NCBI GenBank assembly: GCA_030390025.1
Contig: CM059432.1
Location: 17,362,001-17,422,000 of the forward strand
Reading direction: 5' to 3'
DNA from: Squalus acanthias
Taxonomy: Eukaryota
Length of the DNA: 60,000 bases
Below are positions 37,648 to 50,419 of this stretch, piece after piece. A program made the translations under genes and the position numbers. The stretch's first letter is position 1, and each line of letters starts with the position of its first letter. The notes beneath the pieces were generated by a model. That model searched no databases. It was not told where the DNA came from and saw only the letters and a program-made list of their open reading frames with translations.

Positions 37648-40095
37648 TAAGAACATTAGAACATAAGAAATAGGAGCAGGAGTAGGCCATTTGGCCCTTC
37701 GAGCCTGCTCTGCCATTCAATAAGATCATGGCTGATCTTCTACCTCATCTCCAGTTTCCTGCACTATCCCCATATCCCTTGATACTCTTAATATTCAAAA
37801 ATCTATCGATCTCTGTCTTGAATATACTCAACGACTGAGCCTCCACAGCCCTCTGGGGTAGAGAATTCCAAAGATTCACCACCCTCTGAGTGAAGAAATT
37901 TCTCCTCATCTCAGTCCTAAATGGCCGACCCCTTATTCTGAGACTGTGACCCCTTGTTCTAGACTTCCCAGTCAGGGGAAACATCCTCCCTGCATTTACC
38001 CTGTCAAGCTCTGTAAAAATGTTCTATGTTTCAATGAAATCACCTCTCATTCTTCTAAACTCTGGAGAATATAGGTCTAGTCTACTCAATCTGACCTCAT
38101 AGGACAATCCCCCCCATCCCAGGAACCAATCTGGTGAACCTTTGTTGCACTCCCTCTATGGCAAGTATATCCTTCCTTAGGTAAGGAGACCAAAACTGTA
38201 CACAATACTCCACAATGCTTTCGACATGTCTTCCTTTTTCCTTAACCGAGGATTCCCTTCTACCATGCTTGACACGGCCCTTGACCGTGTCCATTCTATT
38301 TCCCACACTTCTGCTCTCACCCCTTCCCCTCCCTCCCGAAACCACGATAGGGTTCCCCTTGTCTTCACCTTTCACCCCACCAGCCTCCACATTCAACGGA
38401 TCATCTTCCGCCATTTCCGCCACCTCCAGCGTGATCCCACCACCAAACACATCTTCCCCTTCACCTCCCCTTTCAGCATTTTGAAGGGACCGCTCCCTCC
38501 GCGACACCCTGGTCCACTCCTCTATCACCCCCAACTCCTCTTTACCTTCGCCCAGCACCTTCCCGTGCAAGCGCAGGAGATGCAACACCTGCCCTTTTAC
38601 CTCCTCCCTTCCCACTGTCCAGGGCCCCAAACACTCCTTCCAGGTGAAACAGCGATTTACTTGTACTTCTTGCAATTTAGTATACTGTATTCGCTGCTCA
38701 CGATGCGGTCTCCTCTACATTGGGAATACCAAACGCAGATTGGGTGACCACTTTGTGGAACACCTCCGTTCAGTCCGTAAGGGTGACCCCGAGCTTCCAG
38801 TCGCCTGTCACTTTAATTCTCCGCTCCACTCCCACTCAGACCTCACCGTCCTCGGCCTCTTACACTGTTCCAATGAAGCTCAACGTAAACTCGAGGAACA
38901 GCACCTCATCTTTCAATTAGGCACTTTACAGCCTTCTGGACTCAACATCGAGTTCAACAATTTCAGATCATAACCTCTGCCCCTATCATTTTTTTTCTCT
39001 TTCTCACATGGCGGCTGTCAATCATTCTGCCATTGTCATTTACACTTCATCTAGACTCGTCTTTTGTTTCTTAACTTGTCCCATTACCATCTCCTTTTGC
39101 CTTGCACCATCATCCCTTTTGTCTCTTTATCTCTCCTGCCTTCCAGCCTATCACAGACCTTCCCTTTTGTTCTTTCCTCCCCTCCCGCCTCTCCCTGCCC
39201 CTGCACTTGCTTAAAAACCTGTTACATCTCCAACTGTTGCCAGTTCTGACGAAGAGTCATCGACCTGAAATGTTAACTTTGTTTCTCTCTCTACAGATGC
39301 TGCCTGACCTGCTGAGTATTTCCACCATTTTCTGTTTTTATTACAATACTCCAGGTGTGGTCTCACCAAGGCCCTATATAATTGCAGTAAGACGTCATTA
39401 CTCTTATACTCAAATCCTCTTGTAATAAATGCCAACATAGCATTTGCTTTCCTACTTGCTTGCTGTACCTGCATGTTAACTTTCAGTGATTCGTGTACAA
39501 GGACACCCAGGTCCCTCTGAACACCAACATTTCCCAATCTCTCACCATTTTAAAATACTCTGCTTTTCTATTTTTCCTACCAAAGTGGATAACTTCACAT
39601 TTCTCCACATTATATTGCATTTGCCATGTTCTTGCCCACTCACTTACCCTGTCTATATCCCCTTGAAGCCTTCTTGCATCCTCCTCACAACTTACATTCC
39701 CACCCAGCTTTGTATCATCAGCAAACCTGGATATATTAGATTTGGTCCCCTCATCCAAATCATTGATATAGATTGTGAATAGCTGAGGCCCAAGCACTGA
39801 TCCTTGCGGTACCCCACTAGTTACAGACTCCCAACCCGTTTATTCCTACTCTCTGTTTTCTGTCCATTAACCAATCCTCAATCCATGCTAGTATATTACC
39901 CCCAATCCCATGAGCCCTAATTTTGTTTAATAACCTCTTGTGTGGCACCTTATCGAATGCCTTCTGAAAATCCCAATACACCACATCCACTGGTTCCCCT
40001 TATCTATTCTGCTAGTTACTCTAACAGATTTGTCAAATGCGATTTTCCTTTCATAAATCCGTGTTGACTCTGCCCAATCCTGTTATTATTTTCTA
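37648..40095 (-). mobile_element. CR1 LINE, 5'-truncated, split by a Penelope insertion
   Basis: RT remnants 39483-39797, 39211-39537 and 37745-37984; tail at ~37650. Confidence 0.9.
38213..39342 (+). mobile_element. Penelope family-1 element, 5'-truncated (GIY-YIG, pLTR, hammerhead at 39242-39278)
   Basis: NLVYCIRCSRCGLLYIG.TKRRL motif; 11-bp TSD ACAATACTCCA. Confidence 0.92.
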
Positions 40096-42850
40096 TTCCC
40101 TCTATTCCCTTCTTCCTCATATGCTTATCTAACCGTGCCTTAAATGCATCAATACTATTTGCTTCAACCACTCCCTGTGGTGGCGAGTTCCACATTCTCA
40201 CCACTCTCTGGGTAAAGAAGTTTCTTCTGAATTCCCCTATTTGATTTCTTGGTGACTATCTTATATGGCCTCTAGTTATGCTCTTCCCCACAAGTGGAAA
40301 CATTCTCTCTATATCTACTCTATCAAAACCTTTCATAATTTTAAAGACCTCTATTAGGTCACCCCTCAGCCTTCTCTTTTCAAGGGAAAAGAGATCCAGC
40401 TTGTTCATCCTTTCCTGATGGGTATAACCTCAGCATTTCTGGTATCATCCTTGTAAATTTTCTCTGCACCCTCTCCAGTGCCTCTATATCATTTTTATAA
40501 TATGGCGACTAGAATTGTATGCAGTACTCTAAGTGTGGTCTAACCAAGGTTCGATTCAAGTTTAGCATAACTTCACTACTTTTCAATTCTATCCCTCTAG
40601 AAATAAACCTTAATGCTTGGTTTGCTTTTTTTAATGGCCTTGTTAACCTGTGTCGCTACTTTTCGTGATTTGTGTATTTGTACTCCGAGATCCCTTTGCT
40701 CCTCCACCCCACCCAGACTCGCACCCTGCAAGTAATAAGTGACCTCCCTATTCTTCCTACCAAAATGTAATACCTCACATTTATCTGTGTTGAACTTCAT
40801 TTGCCCATTATATGCCCATTCTGCAAGTTTATTAATGTCTTCCTGTAATTTGTTGCAGTCCTCCTCAGTATTGACTATCACCCCAAATTTGGTGTCATCC
40901 GCAAATTTAGAAATGTTGTTTTTATTCCAAAATGTAATTCGTTAATATAAATTGTGAACAACAGTGGTCCCAGCACTGATCATTGTGGAACACCACTCCT
41001 CACCTTCTGCCACTGTGAATAGCTACCCTTTACCCCTACTCTCTGCTTTCTGTCTTGAAGCTTGCTAGCTATCCATTCTGCTACTTGTCCCCTGATCTTA
41101 TTCGTTAGTCTATTACCTGATCGAAGTCCTTTTGAAAATCTGGATAAATTACATCTACTGCATTACCATTGTCTACTCTCTCTGTTACCTCTTCAAAAAA
41201 TTCAATGAGGTTGGTCAAGCAAAACTTTCCCTTTTGAAATCCATGCTGACTATTCATTATTATATTTTTGGTTTTTAGATGTTCTTCTATTTTCTCCTTT
41301 AGCAGAGATTCCATTATTTTTCCGACTACCGATGTTAAGCTGACTGGTCTATAGTTCCCTGGACATGTTCTATCTCCCTTCTTAAATTTAGGTATTATGT
41401 TAGCTATCCGCTAGTCCTCTGTAACTATACCTTGTTCTAATGAATTATTAAATATGTTTAGTAATGCCTCTGCTATCTCTTCCCTTGATTCTTTTAAAAT
41501 GCGCAGATGTAATCTGTCCGGACCAGGGGTTTTATCCTCTTTGAGTTTGATTAGTTCATTTAATACATCTCCTCTTTTTATTTTAAATGCAGTTATCTCA
41601 TTACTAATCTCATCATCCGATGTCATGTCCACCTGTTCTATCTCCCTGGTAAATACTGAAGCCAAGTAATTATTTAATATTTCTGCCACCTCTCTGTCGC
41701 TGCCTGAGTAATATTACCCTGTTTATACCTTAGTGTCCTATTCCCATCTCGACCTTCCTTTTTTAATTTATGTGCCTGTAAAATATTTTACTATTTTGTT
41801 TTATGTTCCTTGATAATTTAATTTCATAGTTACTTTTTGCCTTTCTAATTTTTTTTTTACTTCTCTCCTAATCTTTTTGTATTCTCCCTTATCATGCTCT
41901 CCCCTGCTGTCCATGTACTTAATATATGCCTCTTTCCTTACCCTCAATTTTTCCCTTATGGCTTTATTCATCCATGGTGGCTCATAAGAAAATATGAACA
42001 TAAGAAATAAGTGCAGGAGTAGGCCATACGGCCCCTCGAGCCTGCTCCGCCATTCAATAAGATCATGGCTGATCATCGATCTCAACTCCACTTTCCCGCC
42101 CGATCCCCATATCCCTTGATTCCCCTCGAGTCCAAAAATCTATCTATCTCAGCCTTGAATATACTCAAAGACACAGCATTCACAGCCCTCAGGGGCAGAT
42201 AATTCCAAAGATTCACAACCCTTTGAGTGAAGAATGTCCTCCTCATCTCTATCCACATGGATTCTATTTCTGTCTTGCTGAAAGCTGCGTCACTTTTTTT
42301 CTACTGCCATTATGTTATCCCTAATAAGTACAGCTGCTCCACCTCCCCTTTTTCCCTCTCTATCTTTTCTAAATATGATGCGGAGATGCCGGTGTTGGAC
42401 TGGGGTGGACAAAAATGAGAAGTCGCACAACACCAGGTTATAGTCCAACAGATTTATTTAAAATTACAAGCTTTCGGAGCTGTTGCCCCTTCGTCAGGTA
42501 GAGTTACAATGAGGGAATCTACAATATTACACAGTATATAAACACCGAAAGCAATTTGTCTGCAGAGATACAATCTTTCAGGGAGGCCTTACATCAAAGA
42601 CACACCAGAGCACAGCCAAGACAATGAGATGGGTCACAGGGGGACACCTACAGACACTGAAAGACACCCTCGTAAGAATGGGATATGACGCTCGACTCGT
42701 CGATCGACAGTTCCGATGGGCCTCAGCGAAAAACCGCATAGACCTCCTCAGAAGGCGAACACGGGACACAACCAACAGAGTACCCTACGTCGTCCAGTAC
42801 TTCCCCGGAGCGGAGAAACTACACCATGTTCTTCGCAGCCTTCAACATGT

Positions 42851-43164
42851 GGCAACACGGTGGCATAGTGGTTAGCACTGGTGCCTCACAGCGCCAGAGA
42901 CCCGGGTTCGAATCTGACCTCGGGTGACTGTCTGTGTGGAGTTTGCACATTCTCCCCGTGTCTGCGTGGGTTTCCTCCGGGTGCTCCGGTTTCCTCCCAC
43001 AGTCCAAAAATGTGTGGGTTAGGTTGATTTGGCTATGATAAATTGACCCTTAGTGTTAGGGGGGATTAAATATGTGGGGTTATGGGGATAGGATGGGATA
43101 TGTTAGGGGGAATTAAATACGTGGGGTTACGGGGGTAGGGTGGGATATGTGTACTGTGGGGATC
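42851..43164 (+). mobile_element. V-SINE (HE1-like)
   Basis: Near-identical to 24248-24550, with a tandemly duplicated 3' segment. Confidence 0.9.
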
Positions 43165-43328
43165 AAAGCAGGGACAGGGTACTGGATTTGGATGATCAGC
43201 CATGATCGTATTGAATGGCGGAGCAGGCTCGACGGGCCGAATGGTCTACTCCTGTACCTATTTTCTATGTTTCTAAAACTGTGTCCAGTACTCCAGGTGT
43301 GGTCTCACCAAAGCCCTGTACAATTGTT

Positions 43329-44429
43329 GTAAGGGGTTCTGTGTCATGCTGTATCACAGACGGTGCTGGTGCGGGGTTAGGCCTTCGTTGCCTAATACTA
43401 TTGCTTGCTCTGGTCTCCGGCCAGCCTTGTTGCAATAAGCACCTGTGAGTGGTTCGACCCACTCGCCCTTACGGTTCTAACACTGGACTTAGGTGCGAGA
43501 GCAGTAATGCAGAGAAAAACTCAAATAGACCCGGTTGAATAGTACGAAATGGAAATCTTTATTGCATAGCGTCCAAAATCATGAAGTACATGTCATAGGC
43601 ACAAATTAACGATAGTACAAGTATACATACATTCATAAAGCTTGGTCTATGGTAATGAAGAACGCACGGCACATCGTAAAAAGGGGAACACATTATACTT
43701 TATCCTTAATAAAACCACCCTCCCCTATCAATACCTACACTACATCTAGATTTGTAGGATCGGGAAACATGCTCACCACTCGTGATACTTCGGAGAATTT
43801 TAAAGTGAGGCACTCGGCTCGTTTCGCTGCAGCGCCTGACTGTCATGTGTTTGGAGGGGCCTCTGTACCCCACTTGTTTATCTTCGCTGCTGCGGCAAGC
43901 AGGCCGGGCTCCCCGTTGTCATGAAGAACTCGACAGAACTCGGACACGGTTCGAAGAAGAGTCTTCCTGTGTCCGACACCGGTTGCCGGTAGAATTCAAA
44001 GAAGAGTCTTTGACCAGTTTGTGCAGTAACCTGTAGAGTTCGTATAAATTCGGCGCGGTCGGGGTTTACTGACCGCGGCGGCACGTGGATTCTTCTCTTC
44101 TCATCTCATCTCGTCTCGTCTCTTCGGGCCTTCGGGTCCAGAACACCGTTTACTGACACTCGGGATGGTGCACCCGGTTACCGGCCTTCGTCGAGGCGGC
44201 TCGTTCCGTTTGAGCTCCACCCAACATTCGAATAACCGTCCAGTGCGGCTAAAAGTCTAGAGTCAACAGTCCAGAGAAACAAGAGCACGAATCAAGCGAA
44301 TAAGAATCGAATCAAGGGAGTAAGAGAATAAGAGCGCGATGGACATTTGTTGTCTATAGTTATAGTGCTGTGTTCCCTTATCTCCCGCTCAAATCTTAAT
44401 GTTTGTCCTTTGTGAAATATTGGCGCTCA
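43329..44429 (+). mobile_element. LTR copy B, 3'-truncated
   Basis: Starts TGTAAGGGGTTC, matches copy A over 43591-44429, and joins a CR1 tail at TCAAA. Confidence 0.88.
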
Positions 44430-45324
44430 AAGCAGGGACAGGGTACTGGATTTGGATGATCAGCCATGATCGTATTGAATGGCGGAGCAGGCTCGACGGG
44501 CCGAATGGCCTACTCCTGCTCCTAGATTCTATGTTTCTATGTTTCTATGTCATCGATGACGACGAACACCTTGCTAAGGCCATCCCCACGCCTCCACTAC
44601 TTGCCTTCAAGCAGCCGCCTAACCTCAAAAGTACCATCGTTCGCAGCAAATTACCCAGCTGTCAGGAGAACAGCGACCACGAAACCACACAACCCTGCCA
44701 CGGCAACCTCTGCAAGACATGCCAGATCATCAACACAGATACCATCATCACACGTGAGGCCACTACCCACCAGGTACATGGTACATACTCATGTGACTCG
44801 GCCAACGTTGTCTACCTGATACGTTGCAGGAAAGGATGCCCCAGAGCATGGTACATCGGCGAGACCATGCAGACACTGAGACAACGTATGAACGGACACC
44901 GCGCAACAATCGCCAGGCAGGATTGTTACCTCCCAGTCGGGGAACACTTCAGCAGTCAAGGACATTCAGCCTCGGATCTGCGGGTTAGCGTTCTCCAAGG
45001 CGGCCTTCGAGACACACGACAACGCAAAATCCTCGAGCAGAAACTGATAGCCAAGTTCCGCACCCATGAGGACGGCCTCAATAGGGATATCGGGTTCATG
45101 TCATGCTACAGAACGTGACTCGACATCGTTGTCTGTCTTTCCAGTTTTTAAAAGAAAAACACACACAAAAAAAAAGGTTAAAAGCTCAACTGCAGACAGC
45201 AGGATTTGACACGTTGGACCCCCTGTCACCCATCTCATTGTCTTGGCTGTGCTCTGGTGTGTCTTTGATGTAAGGCCTCCCTGAAAGATTGTATCTCTAC
45301 AGACAAATTGCTTTCGGTGTTTAT

Positions 45325-46397
45325 AAGAACATAAGAAATAGGAGCAGGAGTAGACCAATCGGCCCCTCGAGCCTGCTCCGCCATTCAATGAGATCATGGC
45401 TGATCTGATCCAACCTCAACTCTAAAGAACACAAGAAGCAGGAGCAGGACCAGGCCACTCGGCCCCTGGGCCCGCTCCGCCACCCACAGGGCCTTGACCG
45501 ATCCGAACTCAAACTCATGTCGAATTTCCAGCCCGCTCCCCGTAACCCCTGATTCCCTTTACTTCTAGGAAACGGTCTATTTCTGTTTTAAATTTATTTA
45601 ATGAAGTAGCTTCCACAGCTTCCTGGGGTAGCAAATTCCACAGACCCACTACCCTCTGAGTGAAAAAGTTTCTCCTCATCTCAGTTTTGAAAGAGGAGCC
45701 CCTTATTCTAAGATTATGTCCCCTAGTTCTAGTTTCACCCATAATTGGGAACATCCTCACCGCGTCCACCCAATCAAGCCCCTTCACAATCTTATATGTT
45801 TCAATAAGATCGCCTCTCATTCTTCTGAACTCCAATGAGTAGAGTCCCAATCTACTCAACCTCTCCTCGTATGTCCACCCCCTCATCCCCGGAATTAACC
45901 GAGTGAACCTTCTTTGTACTGCCTCGAGAGCAAGTATGTCTTTTCTTAAGTATGGACACCAAAACTGTATGCAGTACTCCAGGTGCGGTCTCACCAATAC
46001 CCTATACAACTGCAGCAATACCTCCCTGTTTTTATATTCTATCCCCCTAGCAATAAAAGCCAACATTCCATTGGCTTTCTTGATCACCTGCTGCACCTGC
46101 ATACTAACTTTTTGATTTTCTTGCACCAAGACCCCCAGATCCCTTTGTACTGCAGTACTTTCCAGTTTCTCGCCATTAAGATAATAACTTGCTCTCTGAG
46201 TTTTCCTGCCAAAGTGCATAACCTCACATTTTCCAATATTGTATTGCATCTGCCAAATCTCTGGCCACTCACCCAGCCTTTCTATATCCCCTTGTAGGTT
46301 TTTTATGTCCTCCTCACTCTCTACTTTCCCTCCCATCTTTGTATCATCTGCAAACTTTGATATGTTACACTCGGTCCCCTCCTCCAAATCGTTAATA
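45325..46397 (-). mobile_element. CR1 insertion with two tandem 3' tails and an open RT C-terminal frame
   Basis: ORF 45515-46387 (FADD..RPHLEYC..FFTQRV); splits the Penelope pLTR at TATA. Confidence 0.92.
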
Positions 46398-46433
46398 TAC
46401 TGTGTAATATTGTAGATTCCCTCATTGTAACTC

Positions 46434-46469
46434 TACCTGACGAAGGGGCAACAGCTCCGAAAGCTTGTA
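46434..46469 (+). ncRNA. Minimal hammerhead ribozyme in a Penelope pLTR (mirror copy 42465-42500, minus strand)
   Basis: TAC-CTGACGA-A-GGGGC AACA GCTCC-GAA-AGCT-T-GTA: intact core, stem II, palindromic stem III, short stem I. Confidence 0.75.
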
Positions 46470-47369
46470 ATTTTAAATAAATCTGTTGGACTATAACCTG
46501 GTGTTGTGCGACTTCTCATTTTTTTCTAAATATGTTATACCCTGCAATGTTTAATTCCAAGTCCTGATTTTTCTGTAGCCATGTCTCAGTAATCCCTACT
46601 ATGTTCCTCGCAATGCATGATTGCCTCCAGCTCCCCTGTTTTATTACGGACACTGTGTGCATTGCTGTACAGACAGTTTAACTCATTTTTAATAGCAGTT
46701 CCTCTCACTTTATTTTTAAACTCCTGTTCAATAACTCTATTTATTCCCTGGCCATCAATGTCCTCCCTTACTTTATTCCTTCCGATGCTCTCCTTTCCTG
46801 TTCTGTTTATATTTAGGCTGTTTTAATTTCTTGCAGCTCCCTCCCCCATCTTACTAGTTTACAGCCTTTGCCACCTCCCTATTTAACCTTTCTGCTAGGA
46901 CAAGTGTCCCATCCTGGTCCAGGTGGAGCCCATCCCATCGGTACAGCTCCTTCCTGTCCCAGTACTGGTGCCAGAGTCCCATGAAAAGGAACCCCTCTTT
47001 CCCACACCAGCCCTTTAGCCACGTGTTAATTCTCCTGATCTGTCTGCTTCTGTACCAATTTGCATGTGGCTCGGACAATAATCCAGAGATTATTACCCTC
47101 GAGGTCCTGCTTTTTAATTTAGCTCCTAACTCCTGATACTCCTTCAGCAGGACCTCTCCCTGCTCCTACCTATGTCATTTGTTCTGACATGGACCACGAC
47201 AACTGGATTTATCACCTTCCTTTCCAAATTCCTCACCAGCCGCCACAAGATATCCCTTACCCTGGCAACACACCCTTCGGGATTCTCGTTCTTGGCTGCA
47301 GAGGATGCTATCTATCCCCCTAATTATAGAATCCCCTATCACTACCACATTTCGATTCTGCTCTTCCTA

Positions 47370-48126
47370 ACATAGAAACATAGAAACATAGAAGATAGGA
47401 GCAGGAGTAGGCCATTCGGCCCCTCGAGCCTGTTCCACCATTTAATGAGATCATGGCTGATCATCCAAATTCAGTACCCTGTCCCTGCTTTCTCCCCATA
47501 TCCCTTGATCCCTTTAGCCTTAAGAAATATATCTAACTCCTTCTTGAATATATTTAATGAATTGGCCTCAACTGCCTTCTGTGGTAGAGAATTCCACAGG
47601 TTCACCACTCACTGGGTGAAGAAATTCCTCCTCATCTCAGTCCTAAATGGCTTACCCCTTATCCTTAGACTGTGACCCCTGGTTCTGGACTCCCCCGCCA
47701 TCGGGAACATCCTTCCTGCATCTAGTCTGTCTAGACCTGTTAGAATTTTATAAGTTTCAATGAGATCCCCTCTCATTCTTCTAAACTCTAGTGAATATAA
47801 GCCTAATCGTCCCAATCTCTCCTCATACGTCATTCCTGCCATCCCAGGTATCAGTCTCGTGAATCTTCGCTGCACTCTCTCCATGGCAAGAACATTCTTC
47901 CTCAGATAAGGTGACCAAAACTGCACACAATACTCAAGGTGTGGTCTCACCAAGGCCCTGTACAACTGCAGCAAGACATCCTTGCTCCTGTACTCGAATC
48001 CTCTCGCTATGAAGACCAACATACCATTTGCCTTCTTAACCGCCTGCTGCACCTGCATGCTTACCTTCAGCGACTGGTGCACAAGGACACCCAGGTCTCG
48101 TTGCACTTCCCCTTTTCCCAATCTAT
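47370..48126 (-). mobile_element. Young CR1 3' fragment (same subfamily as 22882-24201)
   Basis: Near-identical sequence and TTTCTATG tail. Confidence 0.93.
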
Positions 48127-50419
48127 TCCTCCCCTTGGACAGCCTTCTGAGCCACGGAGCCTTGGTCTGCATTATGGCTGTCCACCCCACAGTCTTTCTC
48201 CTTGTCCTCACAGGTAGCAGGTACCTCATATCTGTTGGACAGGACCAGTGTCTGTGGGACCTCCTTCTCAACCTCTCCTAAGTCCCCACTACCCAGCTCC
48301 TTAACAGTCGCACCCTTCCTTTCCTGAAACTGTGCTTTCCTCTGGAATGTGACTGTATTCTGGATAAAACTATCCAGAAATTCCTCCCCCTCCCTTATGT
48401 TTCGGAGTGTCTCTAACTCGCACTCCAGCTCAATGACTCTGAGCCGAAGTGACTGAAGGCAGAGACATTTCTTGCAGATGTGGGAATCGGGACAGTCTTG
48501 CTGTCCACAAACTCCCACATACTACAGTCCCGACACATAGTCTGCCCTGCCATCTCTAGATGTTTTTTATTTATTTGCTTATTTAATTTAGTTAAAGTTT
48601 TTAATCAAACGATTATTTATAGTTATATTAATGAATTAGTTTATCTAGTTAAGTTATTAATTACTAACGTAATAATTGTAGTTCCCCAGCTCTTGGTTTA
48701 AACCACTGCACTAGCTTAGAGAAAGAGAAAATACTGTAATACTGTTAATATGTAAGCATGCAACCCACCCTACCCTTGTGCCTTCCATAGCAGCACTCAG
48801 ACATTGGGTGGCTTCTGCTTGTGCTGCAATGGAAGCTGAGACTTCGGCCATCAGACGTGGCATGATGGTTGGGTCCACAAGTGCGTTAATGGATCTGCCC
48901 ACCCCTTCCACGCTGGCTGGGCAAGCTGGATTTCTTGGGTGTCTGAAATGAGAAAGGTACAAGGGTAGGGTTGCATGCTTACATCATGTGAAGATTGTAA
49001 ATCAGAAGAGATTGTGGGATGAGGGGGAAAAAAGAAAAAAAGACTTGCCTTTATATTCACGACCACCGGACTTCTCAAAGCGCTTTACAGCCAATGAAGC
49101 ACTTTTGGAGTGTAGTCACTGTTGTAATGTGGGAACCGCGGCAGCCATTTTGCACACAGCAAGCTCCCACAAACAGCAATGTGATAATGAGCAGATCATC
49201 TGTTTTTTGTTATGTTGATTGAGGGATAAATATTGGCCAGGACACCGGGGATAACTCCCCTGCTCTTCTTCAAAATAGTGCCATGGGATCTTTTACGTCT
49301 ACTTGAGAAGGAGAGGAGAGTGAAGAAGAAACACCGACACTCGATTTCACACTCCCAGCCACCAGCTCAGATACTGACACTCTGCGTACTTTAGAGGATA
49401 GGTTAGACGTGAGATCTGCACGTGGGGAGACACCGGGCATGAGTAGCCTGCAGCCAGGGCAGGGGAAAGGGTAGCTCAGGTGCCAGCTCCCCAGAGGGTG
49501 AGGTCGCACATGAACTCTGGTGCACGGGATTCAGATGAAGACCTCAATGGGCGGCCTACAGAAGAACGCTGATGGGTATGCACAATGAAATGCTTGGTGC
49601 ATTGGCAGACCTTCCAGAAAGCCTGAATGCAATGTCAAGGAGCAGGGAGGAGTCCAGCACCAACCTTGCACGGGGCTTTGGGCAGAGCTTGGAGCTTGGA
49701 GCCCATCCTTTCCAGTGTAGAAGGGCTGGGCAGATCCATTACCGCACTTGTGGCCGAAGTCTCAGCTTCTTTTACAGCACAAGCAGAAGCCACCCAACGT
49801 CTGAGTGCTGCAACGGAAGCTCAGACTGAAGTCATGCAAGCACATACTGCTACCATCATGTCTGGGTTTATCAGTGTTGAAAGGGGCATGCAGAGTGTCA
49901 CAGCAGTCCAGCAATCTCTACTCCAGCAGATTACTAGGATTGCTGATGCGCTGCCCCTGGGCAGTGGCAACAGATCTGTGGAGGTTGACCCTGCCGTCCT
50001 CTCTCAGGATGACAGCATTCGTCCTCCCACCACTGCCACTCCAGTGCCCTTGCTGTTGCCTGTCAGCCAGCCAGCTCAGACTGCTGCCGCCCATGCCGAG
50101 GTGGTGTAGTCTGAAGCCGGGCCTACTAAGCCTAGAGGTGCTCGAGGTCATCCTGCAAGGCCATCTGCAGTCTCCCCCACTGAAAGTAAGCAGCCTTCCA
50201 CCAGTCATTCTGCAGCCACTGGGTAGCACTGCATAGGAGCACTAGGATAGGCAAAGGCACACGCAAGACAGTCACTGAGGGAATGTACAAGGGTGATTAG
50301 TTGATGTAATATTGGATGGGTATATGAATAAAGTTGGATTGGAAAGGTTGCTTTGTGGTGGCTTTTATTTCAGCATTGTGGCCAAGATGACGCTGTGATG
50401 GGTCAGTAACAGAGGGAAG

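Larger units (their letters stand above)
42378..46521 (+). mobile_element. Penelope family-2 element with an inverted 5' pLTR and nested insertions
   Basis: 13-bp TSD TTTTCTAAATATG. Arm 42412-42644 is the reverse complement of 45218-45325 plus 46396-46522. ORF pieces 42645-42850 and 44551-45113 with NVVYLIRC..WYIGET..LRQRMNGH (GIY-YIG). Confidence 0.9.
40096..48560 (-). mobile_element. Old, near full-length CR1 (zinc-finger/SGNH-esterase ORF1, endonuclease-RT ORF2), fragmented by later insertions
   Basis: ORF1 C..C..ICKKC..LRLRVIELE at 48123-48555 and DGLHL esterase motif at 46854-47078. RT pieces at 40597-41689. Confidence 0.8.

Noticed and set aside
42378..46521. Novel composite DNA transposon with long TIRs carrying cargo
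   Set aside because: The arms are inverted Penelope pLTRs, and the right arm is itself split by a CR1, so the interior is explained by later insertions.
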